A stretch of 63,967 nt of DNA, counting the filler, from Collodictyon triciliatum (taxonomy: Eukaryota), in assembly GCA_043381765.1 (NCBI GenBank). It is 5 parts of 5 records of this genome, joined end to end, with 100 filler letters (N's around TTAATTAATTAA, not from the genome) between each part and the next. Parts side by side here need not be neighbours in the genome. Positions count along the whole stretch, not along the records: positions 1 to 14,409 come from JBHJMP010001820.1; positions 14,510 to 28,917 come from JBHJMP010001821.1; 3 more parts are not named here. One strand, written 5' to 3'. Every line of letters begins with the position of its first letter. The stretch's first letter is position 1. This document shows, piece by piece, positions 12,238-24,800 of this stretch. The notes beneath the pieces are model-generated. The model was not told the DNA's origin, searched no databases, and saw only the letters and a program-made list of their open reading frames with translations. The position numbers were made by a program, and so were the translations under genes.

Positions 12238-13845
12238 TCATCTACCCGGCCACGACTCTGGACTGAGCTGGAATGGAAGCGTAGAGAGGTACACAACGAT
12301 GAAAACAACTAAGGAGAACTGGATAATCACAGCGGGCTTCAAATTGTAGCGAAACTTTTTGACCAAGGGAATCTCGATGCCATAGAAGTAGTTTTCCAGA
12401 GTCAGAGAGACCATCTGAGTGGTTAACTCGATGAAAAACTGGATGAAGATGCTGTACATCATCTGATGCACATCGGCAAAGGTCTGGAATGTCACGTAAT
12501 TGCGTATCGGTCGACACAGATAGAGGATGAGCGGGACGTAAATGGACGACTGAAGCTCAAACATGGAGACGTGGTACACACGGTCGGTGTGGTAAGTTAG
12601 AATATAGTTTGTCACATCGTCCTTGCGATTCAGGCGAAGCATCACATCTTTCATCCCACGCCATGATAGGTCAGCACTTGCCGCTTCCACATCAGATCTC
12701 ACTCTGTCCGCACGGCGCTCTGTAGACGGCAGGTTGTTTTGTACGTCACTAAAGTTCATGACTCTGTGTCTAGTCAGGAAGGATATGCGGAATCTGTGGC
12801 ATAAGGCTGTCTTCGTCCATGCCTGCTTGAGATGGTGAAGAAGGCGGATGGTATAGATTGTGCGTGGGACAGCCGTGACACGAAAGACGACCTCAAAGAA
12901 CCCAGCCGAGGCTGCCATGACCATCGTATCTTGCAGGTTGGGTGAGTCGGTAATCATCAAGCGAAGAATGGCCAAACAGACGGAGTTAAGGATGTTACCA
13001 GAAACCATGCGGTATTTGAGGTACTGCCGGGATTTGTAGATGAGGAGGTTGCTCTGGTATGTATCAACAATGTTGAAGAGACAGGGCAACACAAGCACTC
13101 GCCCGATGATGCGCACGGCAATGACGGTCTCCATAAAGTACGGAATCATCAGGTATGTGGAGAAAAAGTAAACGAAAGTAAAGAAAAAGAAGCCCTTGAA
13201 GAGCGCCATGGGTGTCCCATCCGACACGAGAGACTCATGCCGTGCTGCTCTGGTTGCTGCATGACTGTGTTCAGTCACTCTCAGAACCGCGCTGGAGGAT
13301 TGGATGCTGCGCATAATGACATAGAAGTAGAGCACAAAAAGCAGGAAGCAAACCACGGCGAGGGCCGGAAGGCAGTAGATGATTCGCACCGAGTGCGCCA
13401 CGGCGTGAGGGATGTAGAGTGGAAGGAGGACCCTGTAGAAAAGCGAACCAACACGCTCCCGGCCAAAGATGTACAAGCACTCGGAAAAGACGGTCAGGTA
13501 CTGCATCAGGATGAGGAGCACGTTCAGCACCACAAAGAAGTGCTCCATGGCTGTCGGAGTGACTGGGAAAAGGCGGGTGCACCCAAACAGCAGCGTGATC
13601 AGCGAAAGCGGAACGATTGCAAGGACAAGCGAGTTGTAGAGCAGCCATGCTGTCATGCTTGCTGAGTAGCGACCCGAGCCCTTCAGGTTCGGGGCATGTG
13701 GCGGGCGGATGAATGTGTCTGCTCTTGTGATCGATTCAGGACGGGTATGCTTTGTGTTTGTCTGTGCGTCTTGCAGACTCTGCATGGCAGCTTGGCTCTT
13801 GTCCGCGATGGGTTCGTGGTTGTGTGAGTCGGTGACTTTGCTCAT
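12238..13845 (-). CDS. Uncharacterised multipass membrane protein (535 aa, single exon)
   Basis: Uninterrupted ATG-initiated ORF with roughly 8-10 hydrophobic segments. No family recognised. Confidence 0.8.
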   Translation of the reverse strand: MSKVTDSHNHEPIADKSQAAMQSLQDAQTNTKHTRPESITRADTFIRPPHAPNLKGSGRYSASMTAWLLYNSLVLAIVPLSLITLLFGCTRLFPVTPTAMEHFFVVLNVLLILMQYLTVFSECLYIFGRERVGSLFYRVLLPLYIPHAVAHSVRIIYCLPALAVVCFLLFVLYFYVIMRSIQSSSAVLRVTEHSHAATRAARHESLVSDGTPMALFKGFFFFTFVYFFSTYLMIPYFMETVIAVRIIGRVLVLPCLFNIVDTYQSNLLIYKSRQYLKYRMVSGNILNSVCLAILRLMITDSPNLQDTMVMAASAGFFEVVFRVTAVPRTIYTIRLLHHLKQAWTKTALCHRFRISFLTRHRVMNFSDVQNNLPSTERRADRVRSDVEAASADLSWRGMKDVMLRLNRKDDVTNYILTYHTDRVYHVSMFELQSSIYVPLILYLCRPIRNYVTFQTFADVHQMMYSIFIQFFIELTTQMVSLTLENYFYGIEIPLVKKFRYNLKPAVIIQFSLVVFIVVYLSTLPFQLSPESWPGR

Positions 13846-14453
13846 ATCTTGTGATTGCGTGAGTTTCTGTGTGTCTGTGTGTTTGTGTGTTTGTGCGTCT
13901 TTGCGTTTCCTTCTGTCACAAGACGCTTCTCCTGGCCTCGTCAGTGTACAGAATGTTTGTGTGCGGATTCTGAAAAAAAAAAAGGTCGATACTCAGCTGT
14001 TAAAGCTAAGAAAATTGTTAAAACTAGACCTTTTTCTTTGCTGTTTTCTTACTCTTCGTGTGTTGGTGCTTTTCGCTTTTATTCAAAATACTATTTCGTA
14101 GTTTCAATCCCGGATTTCTCATGGTTACTCAGTAAGCCAGCTATTGGGTGTGTAATTGAAGCATAAATAATATAAATTCCACATTAAATTTCATTGAAAA
14201 TCATGGGTTACGAGTACTTCCCAAAACCTTGCCCACACTCCATTTATTATCCCGCTTGTTGTGAGGGGACAAAGAGTCGCAGACTTGATAAGCGTATCTC
14301 GCCGCCGGGCAATCCGAATGGACGAGTGCAAGGAATCTTCCACACGTTTCCAAGGGGCTATGCACAATACTTTCAATACACTCTCGGACGAGCGCCCTGC
14401 GTAATGCTTNNNNNNNNNNNNNNNNNNNNNNNNNNNNNNNNNNNNNNNNNNNN

Positions 14454-14465
14454 TTAATTAATTAA
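14454..14465. other. Artificial contig linker TTAATTAATTAA inside an N spacer (also 28962-28973, 43468-43479, 57971-57982)
   Basis: An identical six-frame-stop 12-mer sits in the centre of four ~100-nt N blocks. Confidence 0.95.
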
Positions 14466-15250
14466 NNNNNNNNNNNNNNNNNNNNNNNNNNNNNNNNNNN
14501 NNNNNNNNNGTTTGATCAAGCCAGAACGAACGCAGCACCAGGCGACCACTCCAACCCGATAACAGGTCTTCGATATTAATACTTACTATTTGATATTAAC
14601 ACACTCCAAGGAAAGGTTCGAATAGTGATTCAAAAGGAAAGAAATAAATATAACCAGAGCAGACACTTGATGAAAGCCCAGCAGCGCAACAACCACAGCC
14701 GGAGCCGTTCTCACCCACTTTCCACTTCTCTTTCCGATCGCCTCTCCTCTTTTCGGCCTGAATTCAGCATATGTGGAACATTGTGCAATTTGTTTGGCCG
14801 GGTTGGAATTCACACGGGATAACGCACCAAAACACATCCCCAATTTATCCAAACACACAGCAAAACCCGGCTGCATCGCACTGCTGCGGAAATCCTATCG
14901 CTGAAGCAGGCGTTCGGCTGAATCGATATCACGAGAGGCGGCTGGTGGCTTGAAATAGGTCGGCGTGTGGGCCAACTCTGCTTGCTCCGGGTGGTTGCTG
15001 AGGCGCAGTGTGGTGTGATGTGATGTGATGTGATGCCTGATGGCTGTCTCAATTGCAGATATCGCCGGCATCCCATCATGCGCCTCATAGAACTAATTCA
15101 CCTAATATCACAACAATGCTAATATACTTCACAGCGTGAAAAGATATAAATTAAGAGGAAAAAACGAAAAAAAATGGAAGTAGAGCCTTATCATGCATGC
15201 AACAGTATGGTTCCGCTTGGATGATATGCATATATCTTTCATGCAAAGTT

Positions 15251-15306
15251 ACCAAAGCCAACATTTTCACCATCCTGCACAAAATTGAAAGGAAGAATAA
15301 AAAAAA
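15251..15306 (+). mobile_element. Family A LINE 3'-end stub with A-rich tail; 15-bp TSD ctttcatgcaaagtt (15236-15250 / 15307-15321)
   Basis: Insert accaaagccaacattttcaccatcctgcacaaaattgaaaggaagaataaaaaaaa lies between exact direct repeats and matches the LINE 3' UTR at 33121-33175. Confidence 0.92.
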
Positions 15307-15952
15307 CTTTCATGCAAAGTTCAACAAAAGTAATCTACCTGGATATCCCAGGGCTTATAACCACAGAAGTTGTGAATATAATGAGTTCAGAGTTCCGCTT
15401 ATACAATATTATTTAATTTGTTTATTTGATAATGCACCAAATCAATGATGGACACTGTGATTACTCTTTGGCAGATGAATTCGATTCGATTAATAATAAA
15501 TGTATTAATTTTTTATTGTGTTCAGAGGAGGAAAAATTCAACTAGAATGATATTGAAAAAGTCAAATACACACCAACAAAAATAATCTTTCAAACCGAAA
15601 ACCGGAATGGGCAAGAGATAAAGAAATTACATATCGTGAGAGGAACAGATAAAAAAATCATGTGCCGAAAGCTCGAATTTAATAGACAGATATACATATA
15701 CGATTAAGGAAAAGAATAAAAGAAGCACATGCATACATAATAGAGTTGCGAATCAAATAGAATTCGTGGATTTCACCATGAATATACATCTGACAATAAT
15801 GGTTTCTCCAATCAATACTCTTTTGCAAAATAATAATACAAGGGAAAAATACAAATGATAATGAAATATATGCAGCTCGATGAAGTTAAAGCTTTTGCAC
15901 ATATGTGACGCACGGAACACAGAGGAGAACACTGGCAACACGAATAAAGCCT

Positions 15953-16869
15953 TCAGCTAATTGCGTTGACCATGTCACTTGCTCATCAGGCGGCTCTCTA
16001 ACACGGAAAAATGTTAGTGAATATATGATATAATTACAATATCTAATCACATCAAAGTTGGTATCAGGTCAGGTTTGAGCGATGCAAATAATCACAATTA
16101 AGAGATGAAACATATGTCTATTAAGTTTCAAGCCGTTTCGCAAAAAAACGCAGTTTCCAATCAGAATGGCAATATGATTTAAGTACATCCAAACCATCTT
16201 ACTGAGAGTCATAGAGTGTTGGGACTGTCGGAGTACTAAAATCACTCTGCAGCACATTGGCCTATATATATGGTTGATAAAGTATGGGTCATTAATTCGA
16301 CAAAATAAAAACACGGTCGAATGAGATATTGACAATCATTATCACGGATATCTTCATTATTATATCTTTCATCGTTCACATAATCTTCGTTCATCACAAA
16401 TACAAACATGCATACCGGCATTACGAAAGACGGCTCCGGGAAATCCCCACCAGGTACATCAGGAGCAAAAGTGACCATTTTGCGACGTAATAGAGACATG
16501 TCTCTGACTGGGAGAAAGCGAGCATCCGTGTCGACTGCAAATGGGTGAGGAATCTGTGTGCTGTGACCCTCTATTATATTTACCGCACAATCATCACCAC
16601 AACCTACACGATTATGTCATGCCAAGCCAAGAGTACAAAAGACTCACCAGGTGTCTGCTCCACATAGCGGTAGCGCGGATCGCCAAGCGGCAAGACAGGC
16701 GGATAAATCAGGCCGAAAGGGTAGTATGTGTGCAGCGGCACAAAGGTGGGGGCGCAGCCTTGGTCAAGACTTTGCGAAGATTCGGCCGAGCCAGGCATTG
16801 CGACTTGGGGTTGGGCGATGAGCGTTTGATGGGGATGAAGACGATGTTGAAACTGCAGCAGCTGCTGAT

Positions 16870-16953
<84 letters not shown>

Positions 16954-17086
16954 CTTGCATCACAGGCGAAGCATGTTGTGGGGCGGACTCTGGGTCTGGA
17001 CGGTTGATGGGCGGGATTGGTGCTACGAAGGTTGGACCCAAGGACACAGGCACGGATAGAGGCAGTTGCGCAGCCCTTGTATCCAT
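15953..17086 (-). CDS. Hypothetical polyglutamine/proline-rich protein (4 predicted exons)
   Basis: The (CAA)n tract at ~16870-16952 lies in an open frame. Phase-consistent splicing continues through VDTDARFLPVRDM..., SDFSTPTVPTLYDSQ and EPPDEQSDMVNAIS*. The start codon is uncertain. Confidence 0.6.
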
Positions 17087-18887
17087 CAAGCAATGGTGGA
17101 CTCTGCATTTAGGTGAATGCGCTCTTGTGTTATCTTTCCTTTCTGCTGCCTCTTTTTTATCATTTTCAGTCCATACCACAAACTTCATTTCGCTCAGTTT
17201 GTGCGATTATTAGATATTTTTGAATCCTTTTCTTCTTTTTTGCATGGCGATGCAAGGATGCCTCTTCTTCCTTTTCCTTTTCCTTTTCCTTTTCCTTTTT
17301 TTTTTTTTTTGATTCTAGTATGAAAATAATCGACCAGCAAAGCGGGAGAATAGGAACGAACGCCAAAGCGGTGTTATGAAAGATATGTCGAGAGACATGG
17401 CCTTTCATACCCCGTCTGCTTCTCCACCAGCACGAAAACTTCGTATAAAAAAAGAGTGATTGATGATTGATGATTGATGATTGATTGGGTTGGCTGATTG
17501 GTTAGTCAAATGATTGATTACATGATAGCTGCCACCAACCCAACAGAACTGGTGCGGCTATTTATGAGCCAAAAACCCGGCGGTGGATTTGGAGGGGCCA
17601 CGGGTCTCTGGTCTCCACAAAAAGTGGCGCCCCACAGACCATCGCGGTTATTTTTTATTTATTGATATCATTTATTTATTTGGATTGCTTTTCCTTCACA
17701 AGACAAAGCTTTTTTGATTTGGAGAGAACAAAATGCTCGGCGGACGCCACACAAACACACCACGAAGAGCCCGATTCACATATCATTTATTTTTTCTACA
17801 ATCAGCAAATTTGGCAAATTTGCAGTTTGTTGTCCGAAGCGAAAATCCAGGTATGGAATAGATCTACCGATTTGTCCTGAACAGGCTCAGATCGATGCAG
17901 CACCAGATCAGTATATTTTCTGTGTATTCACTTGTCCAATTCCTACACACCCACACACTTGCGTCACGGAAGGGACAAAAAGGTCAACAGAAACCAACCA
18001 CATCGCCACAAAATAAAACGCACGAAACTCACGTTATTGCGTTATGCCGCTCCCTTCGTTTTTTCTCTTTCTCGATCCCCCTTCAAAGATACAACCCAAA
18101 CCGCAGATGAGCAACCAAAAGTCTAATCGATACTCAAATAGACCAACCTGCAAAACAGACACAAATAAACATGTTTTATGGCCTCGGAAATATGGATAAA
18201 GAATAATGTTCCGAGGGAAAGGGAGAGAGAAAGGGAAACAATCACGCCATGTATTTGCGTAGATGGGAAGCGAAGCCAATTAATTCACGGAGTTCCATAA
18301 TTCAATATCAGCACACATGTTGGAGAACTCCACAATGCAGACTGGGGTTGTGGGGTTTCTCGTCTTCTATGAGCAAGGGTGGCTTTGGGATGATTCAAAG
18401 AAAGCTCATCAGCAACGAGGATTGGACCGAGCTCGTGGGGGCGGTGGGCGAATTGGAGGGAGCAAACTCTTTGGAGGATCTGCTGATTCACTGCGGAATT
18501 CCAGCTGGAAATCTCCAAAGTGAGCCACTACTGCATTCGCATGGCTACAGTGAATATCGAAAGATGCTCATTAGCGATGTGGTTGTAAAAATGACAAAGG
18601 CACTGAAAGGAAAGTTTATATTGCTGATGAGTTTTCTAGGTTCAACTGAAACACTAAAGCATATCAATAAAGTTAGCAGTAAATTCAAAAGTGACACACT
18701 CGTGTGAATTAAAATGGTGATACTAAAACCCAGAGTATATTTAAAAGACGCGTAAAGGTAAAGGCACGAGTGATTCCCAATTTATAACAATAGGAAATCG
18801 CATATTTGAGAGTGTGGATGACAGCAAATGCACTATTTCTTGTTTTCTTGGCCGAAATTTTCTCACTTATTGATGGTATATCTCATA

Positions 18888-21800
18888 TCACGAAAGAAAC
18901 AAAAGAAACAAAAGAAACAAAAGAAACAAAAGAAACAAAAGAAACAAAAGAAACAAAAGAAACAAAAGAAACAAAAGAAACAGAAGCTGAAACTGAAGCA
19001 TGATGTAGAGGCAATAAAAACAAATCAAAGGCACGGTTGCCTCTGACAAAGCCAACCTGTGATTGTGAGGTCGCGCAGCTGTTCCGTGGGCCGGGACATA
19101 GAAGCCAACATTTGAAATACTTTGGAAGCTGGCATGTGACTCAACTTCTGATGCTTCGTACTCAGAGTGTGGCGAATCATAATTGCGAGAATAGACGTGC
19201 GACTGGTGCTGAAGGTAGGGTTGGAAGTGGCTTTCATTATCCATGCGTCGTCGACCGGATTCCTTTTCTAAATGTTACGATTGTTACATAAACTTTTTTC
19301 TGAAATGATTGCTTACAAAAAGTTGCCTAGGGGGAATCTATGTGCCGCTTTGGTGATAAAGAATCATATACCACGAAGCCGCATGTTTTTTGAAGCAGTG
19401 TTTCCATTGAGATATTGGCTGGTAGTCTTGAATTTGGGAGCTGGTGACGTTGGACTTAAAGTAGATGCATGGGGCAATGAAGCAGGTGGTGGAGATGGCG
19501 AGTAGCATGCACGCACAGTATTCAGTCCATTTCGAATGGCCAGAGACTTTAATGGGGATTGCATAGACTTGGTTGGTGATGCCGCGAATTCGTCCTCAAC
19601 AAGTTTTCGGGTGATTCTGAATTTTAATGGATAGTCATTTTTAATGCCGTATTTGGGAGATTTGGATAATAATGGCTACCTTGTATTTTGTATGCTTGTT
19701 GTAAGATTGGTGATGTAGTCAATCTGGGAATGGCTTGTTTGAAGACTCTTGTGCTTATGAGATAAAATTACTATTTGAAACATATCTTTTGAATCGAATA
19801 AAGAAAAAAATAATGGAAAGATAAACTTAGAGAAATATCCTCATCAAAATAATCACACACATCTCCTTGATAAGGAGAAATGCCCAAATGACTTATACTG
19901 GCACAAGACTCTCTAAATTTCAAGTAAATAATGTAATTAATAGATGATTTGGCCATGAGACAAAATTCGATTTTCATTCATACTCTTTGGGGCTTAGATG
20001 GTAGTCACTTCTCCTCTGAATGTTAAATTCCGATAGCAAGGTATTTGAATTGATTTTTAGAAATTTAAAATAAGAACATAAAAACGTTCATCTATACAGA
20101 TATATTTATTTACCTTCAGTCACGAAAATAATTGATAAAAAAGCACTAATTTTACGTACTAAACTAGAGCTTTCTCCGTCAGCTGACCCGTAATCTCCTC
20201 TATTGTTTGATTTGTTTTTCAAAATTCAAAATCAATGCAGCATTACAAAGTGCGTGCTACCTTTTCTTTACATCGATGTCCATGTGAAATGATACGGATG
20301 CCTGATATAAAATTAGTATCGGTTAAAAATAAATGCCATCATCCCCACCGTCCTGCACAAAATTGAAAGAAAAAAAGGTTAAAATAAATATGTAAATAGA
20401 ATCATTTTTGATTTATCTGTGTATTAAGCAGAGCTAGACCTGTTTCTTAGCCTTGACCTCGTTCGAGCTGCATAATACGTGTTGAATTTAATTAGAATGA
20501 GATTTATTTCGACAAATACTTATGAAATAAATAAACCTTCCATCAACACGAAAAAATAGAAAGAATAAAGAGGCAAAATATATGAAAATAAAAAACTAGA
20601 AAATGTATTTGGTTAAATATAGGTGTTATGACAATACATTTACCTTTCATCATTCCTGGGTTCTTGCTCAATTTTAGTTGGAGACAATTCTGCAATTGTT
20701 GCAGGGGTTGTGAGCATGTTTTTGGGTAGTGCAAATATGGAACCACTTCGTTCAACTCTTTTCTGTATCATTTCATCCATCTGGGATCATATATTGTCAT
20801 ATTAAAGCGATAAGCATGAAATCTTTAGTAAAATTATTCCAAAAAGTTTAAAAAATAATCGTGAGCATGAATAATTGTAAAAATAACTATCTTTCATCTC
20901 AACTTTGAATCGAATAAAGGAAAAAAAAACTATCTTTCATCTCAAAAGGCAGTAGATTGAGTTTTAGAATAAATTAAGTAATGGGTTGTCGTATAGGTTG
21001 ATGAAAAGTAACAAGTCTTGCTAAAAAAGAGAACTATTTTCACCTGCTTCACTTGCGTTAAAACCAACGTGCTTCTTCTGCGATACATCTCTCTTTGTAT
21101 CTCTGAGAAATTACCCATTTCACGGATTGTGATGTAGGAGGCGGAAGAAATGAATAATTTTAAGTTTAAAAAGATTAGGTCAATTAGTTACTTGATTTTA
21201 ATGTATCCAGCGCATTTTTGTTTGGATTGGGGAAAATGATCCATTCAGTTTTCAGTATTTGCTTTCGATTACTGCAATATCTCACCCATATGGTCTACTT
21301 TTTCTGAATTGCTTGCAGGTACATTCGTATCGGGTGGTAAATTGATAGTAGGGGTCTCTAGATCTTGTTGGCCTGCAAGATTTGGTGGTGACACGAGGTT
21401 TAGTTCTAGTATTTCTTGCCACTTCGTTCTGTTATCAACAAGACGGCAGCAAGTCTCTTGAAGTCCATCCAAAATTAGTCCTAGCGAAGTAAACAGCGGA
21501 GACACCAGAAAATCGATGAAATTCAAGGACGATTTTGCCTACATTTTTGCATGATTATTATTGCTATATATTTTGACTTATACATGAACCATGATATCAA
21601 TTCATATAAAGTCAGGTCAACTGTCCTATTATAGAATAAAAATTGTAAAGCTAACTGAAAGTTTTTTTAAACATCTTAACTCAATTCATTTGTGTTTTTT
21701 CTTACCTGATTAGAGTCTTCTCGATTCATAAATGGGGAGATTGTTAGATTGTATTTCTTTTCCAAGTCTCCCTATAAATTAAAATCATGGAATTTACTTT

Positions 21801-24800
21801 ATTAATTGGTTTTTGATATTTTTGAAGAAAAAGAAAACAACCAAATTCAACATATATTCCCTTGAATAATTCGATTATGACCTGCAAAAAGAACTCATCT
21901 CTCAAGCGGTCAGACCAATCTCTTCCAATTGAAAATGGCTTGGTCACATTAGATATGTCAGCGCAGTGAAGAACGAGAGCACACAAGAATTCTCTATATG
22001 TTTGTGACAAAATTAAATTGATGAATTCTATATTGTGGAACAGGATTAGTTTTGGCAAAACTTTTATTTGAAGTAGTCAAATAATTTAAAACTGATAAAG
22101 CTTACCGATCTTCTTTTTTGTCTGGAGACAGAACGATATCATTAGCTTCGATCTAAGTATTTCGATTCGTTATAAATCAGGAATATGAGCACCACTACTG
22201 TATGGACGAAATTACTTTTTTTGATATGGAAGTGAGTTTAGCTGTCATATCAAAATGCTTCGACATGTCGGTGGACAGAATCATATTGATTATGTTTCTT
22301 CTAACCTGTGCGTATTCGTCAGTGAGCTTGTGCAATTAGGGAATCAATTATTAGGGAGTATCTGATGATTACCTCCTTGAATTGTGAGGCAGTCAAGCTC
22401 TGGAGAATATTGGTATTCTTTGGGTTCGTATCAAAGTCACCATTGTTCTTCCTCGTAGAATAGTCTAAAAATAAACCTGAATACAAAAAATAAAAAAATA
22501 AAAATAGAACATGATTAAATAACATATAAGATAAAGATGGAAAAGGCATCATCCTTCAGAAATTAAAATGAGTTAAAAATAAAGAGGATATTATTATTTG
22601 ACGACAACAACGGAGTTTTGTAATTTACTTGGGTCTCTGGTTATCTCTTCGACAGGGTATTCATATCTTCTTAGAATCTCAAATGTTTTTGCGGAATGGT
22701 AACTTTCAAGAACGGAAATATCGTTGTATACTCGAGCAAGCTCAGTTTGAGTATTAATTTGGAATGTATTATTCTAAATTTAAAAGTTTGGCTTTGTCAT
22801 TCGCTTCTTTGTTTATAATTATCATAATAGTCTGATTAATTTTTTCTCTGATAATACAAAAGAAATGAAATATCTTTATTCAACATAAACCTTCCAAAAT
22901 AAAAAAGGATTAAATTCGGAAATCGCAATACTTGTCCTGGATGACCAACATCATGTGAGACCGATGCAATCATGAGCCCCAGAATGTCTATGGGTTGAAG
23001 TATTTCCCTACATCGATGTTAAATCTGTAAAACCATATGTACACAGAAAATGTCAGCACATAAAAATCATCAGCACTACTATTACCTTATATTTGTTTTT
23101 ATTACATAACAGTACACTGTTTGTGCCACATCAATGGCATGATGGAAATTGTGATATGGGTTATCTTCATATCTATTCAGAAGAAGTGTTTATGTCTTAA
23201 CATTACCTTCAGTCTATTAATTAAATTTATATAATATTCAATCACATTCACGTGCGCAATAATTGATGATTGTATTTACTCTTCGGAAAGGTTGTCTAAA
23301 AAATTTAGTAATGTGCTTGCTTTGATAATAAACGTTTGTAGCAGCCCAAGGTCCTGAATTCATACAAGTAGTCAAGATGTATATTTTAATGGTCGCTGTG
23401 TCCTTGCGCGATGAAGATTATTCATAGACCGAAGTAAAAAAACCTCTCAAAGAGTTATATAGAATTATTGCTACCTCAAACATATAGATGACACATTTTT
23501 TTAACTCATCAAAACTTCTAGAAAATATGTCGAATTTTTCATCCTGTAATTCACTCAAAACGGATGCTGGTATTTGCGGTCTCATTTCAGACGAAAAAGA
23601 AATCGAAAGCTTTCTCTTTCTACTCTGTATAGTTTTTGCCCGAAACCTGAATAATCCCAGTGCAAACAATTTATTTTATCAGTAAATCGTTTATCCACAT
23701 TTCTGTAATTATTTTTGTTGGAATCTTGGGTTGTTATAACCTAATACCTGGCAATATTTGCGATACTTCCAAATATTGACGGACGTTTTTCTTTTCAAGA
23801 GAATATTTTTGGTGTTTGGTAGGGCATAGCGCATAATTAAAAGTATTTTTCATAAAGAATCATTTTCCTATAATTCAATTCAAATTTTATGAAGAGTAAA
23901 TTGAAATTACCGGAGCCTTGATAAAGAGATGTTCTTGTAAATAGCACACCCGTGTAATAATTAAAAGATGAGTATAAATATCTTGAAATTGGATTAAAAA
24001 TATATTTTTATTTGAGTTTATTTTTGACCATATTTTTGCTTCAGGTGGTAGTAATCCAAAAAAATACTTTCTAACAGGGTCTTCAAGTGTCGTAATGTGG
24101 TCTGTATCTTCTTTCATAGGTTCTTTTGTTTCAGGATTTGATGATTCACCATCAGAATTATTGGCAGGCTCCTTAATTGGAGAAAGAAGTAATCATAATT
24201 TAGCATTCAGATAAATACATGACTTGATGTAGAATTTCACGTGAATAGATTTTGAAATATTTATTATGATGTGACAAACAGGCGATATTCCTTCGGCATT
24301 CTCATCTATCTCACCGATACCTGGAAGACCCTTTCGATTATTAGAATCCTATTGAGGTAGAATAACTCTTATTTAAAATCAATTAACAAGGATTTTATGA
24401 AATTGTGTTGGTTTAGTTGAAGTATTTAAATATAATATCAGTTTAAATATAGATGGTATCAGTTCTATATATCCCTACTTTTTCAGAGTCAGCAATCTCA
24501 TCATCAATTTCATCATCTGTATCTTCATGCTCAATACCATCCGCAATAAGTGTAGGATTGACAAGCTCTGTTGCCAGCCAATTGTTTGTTGCATCATCAA
24601 GCTCAAATTGCTTAGATGTGAATAAATGTGAATTATTTAGATAGCAATGAACAAAAAAAGGCCAATGGAGTGCAATCTATGTTATTAATTCTTAATAATG
24701 TTCTTATTCCCATTTTGCTCGCAATACTTTTATACAAAACAGTTTATGAAATAAATCAGAATGGCATAATTTTTGGATTGTGTTGCAGTTGCTCAAACAC

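Noticed and set aside
14170-15110. Short ORFs on both sides of the first gap
   Set aside because: Stop-interrupted, with no recognisable motif and truncated by the gap. Cannot support a gene call.
16200-16250. Apparent in-frame TAA suggesting stop-codon readthrough or reassignment in the polyQ gene
   Set aside because: The TAA is part of a GTAAGA splice donor, and splicing there keeps the frame. Long ORFs elsewhere fit the standard code.
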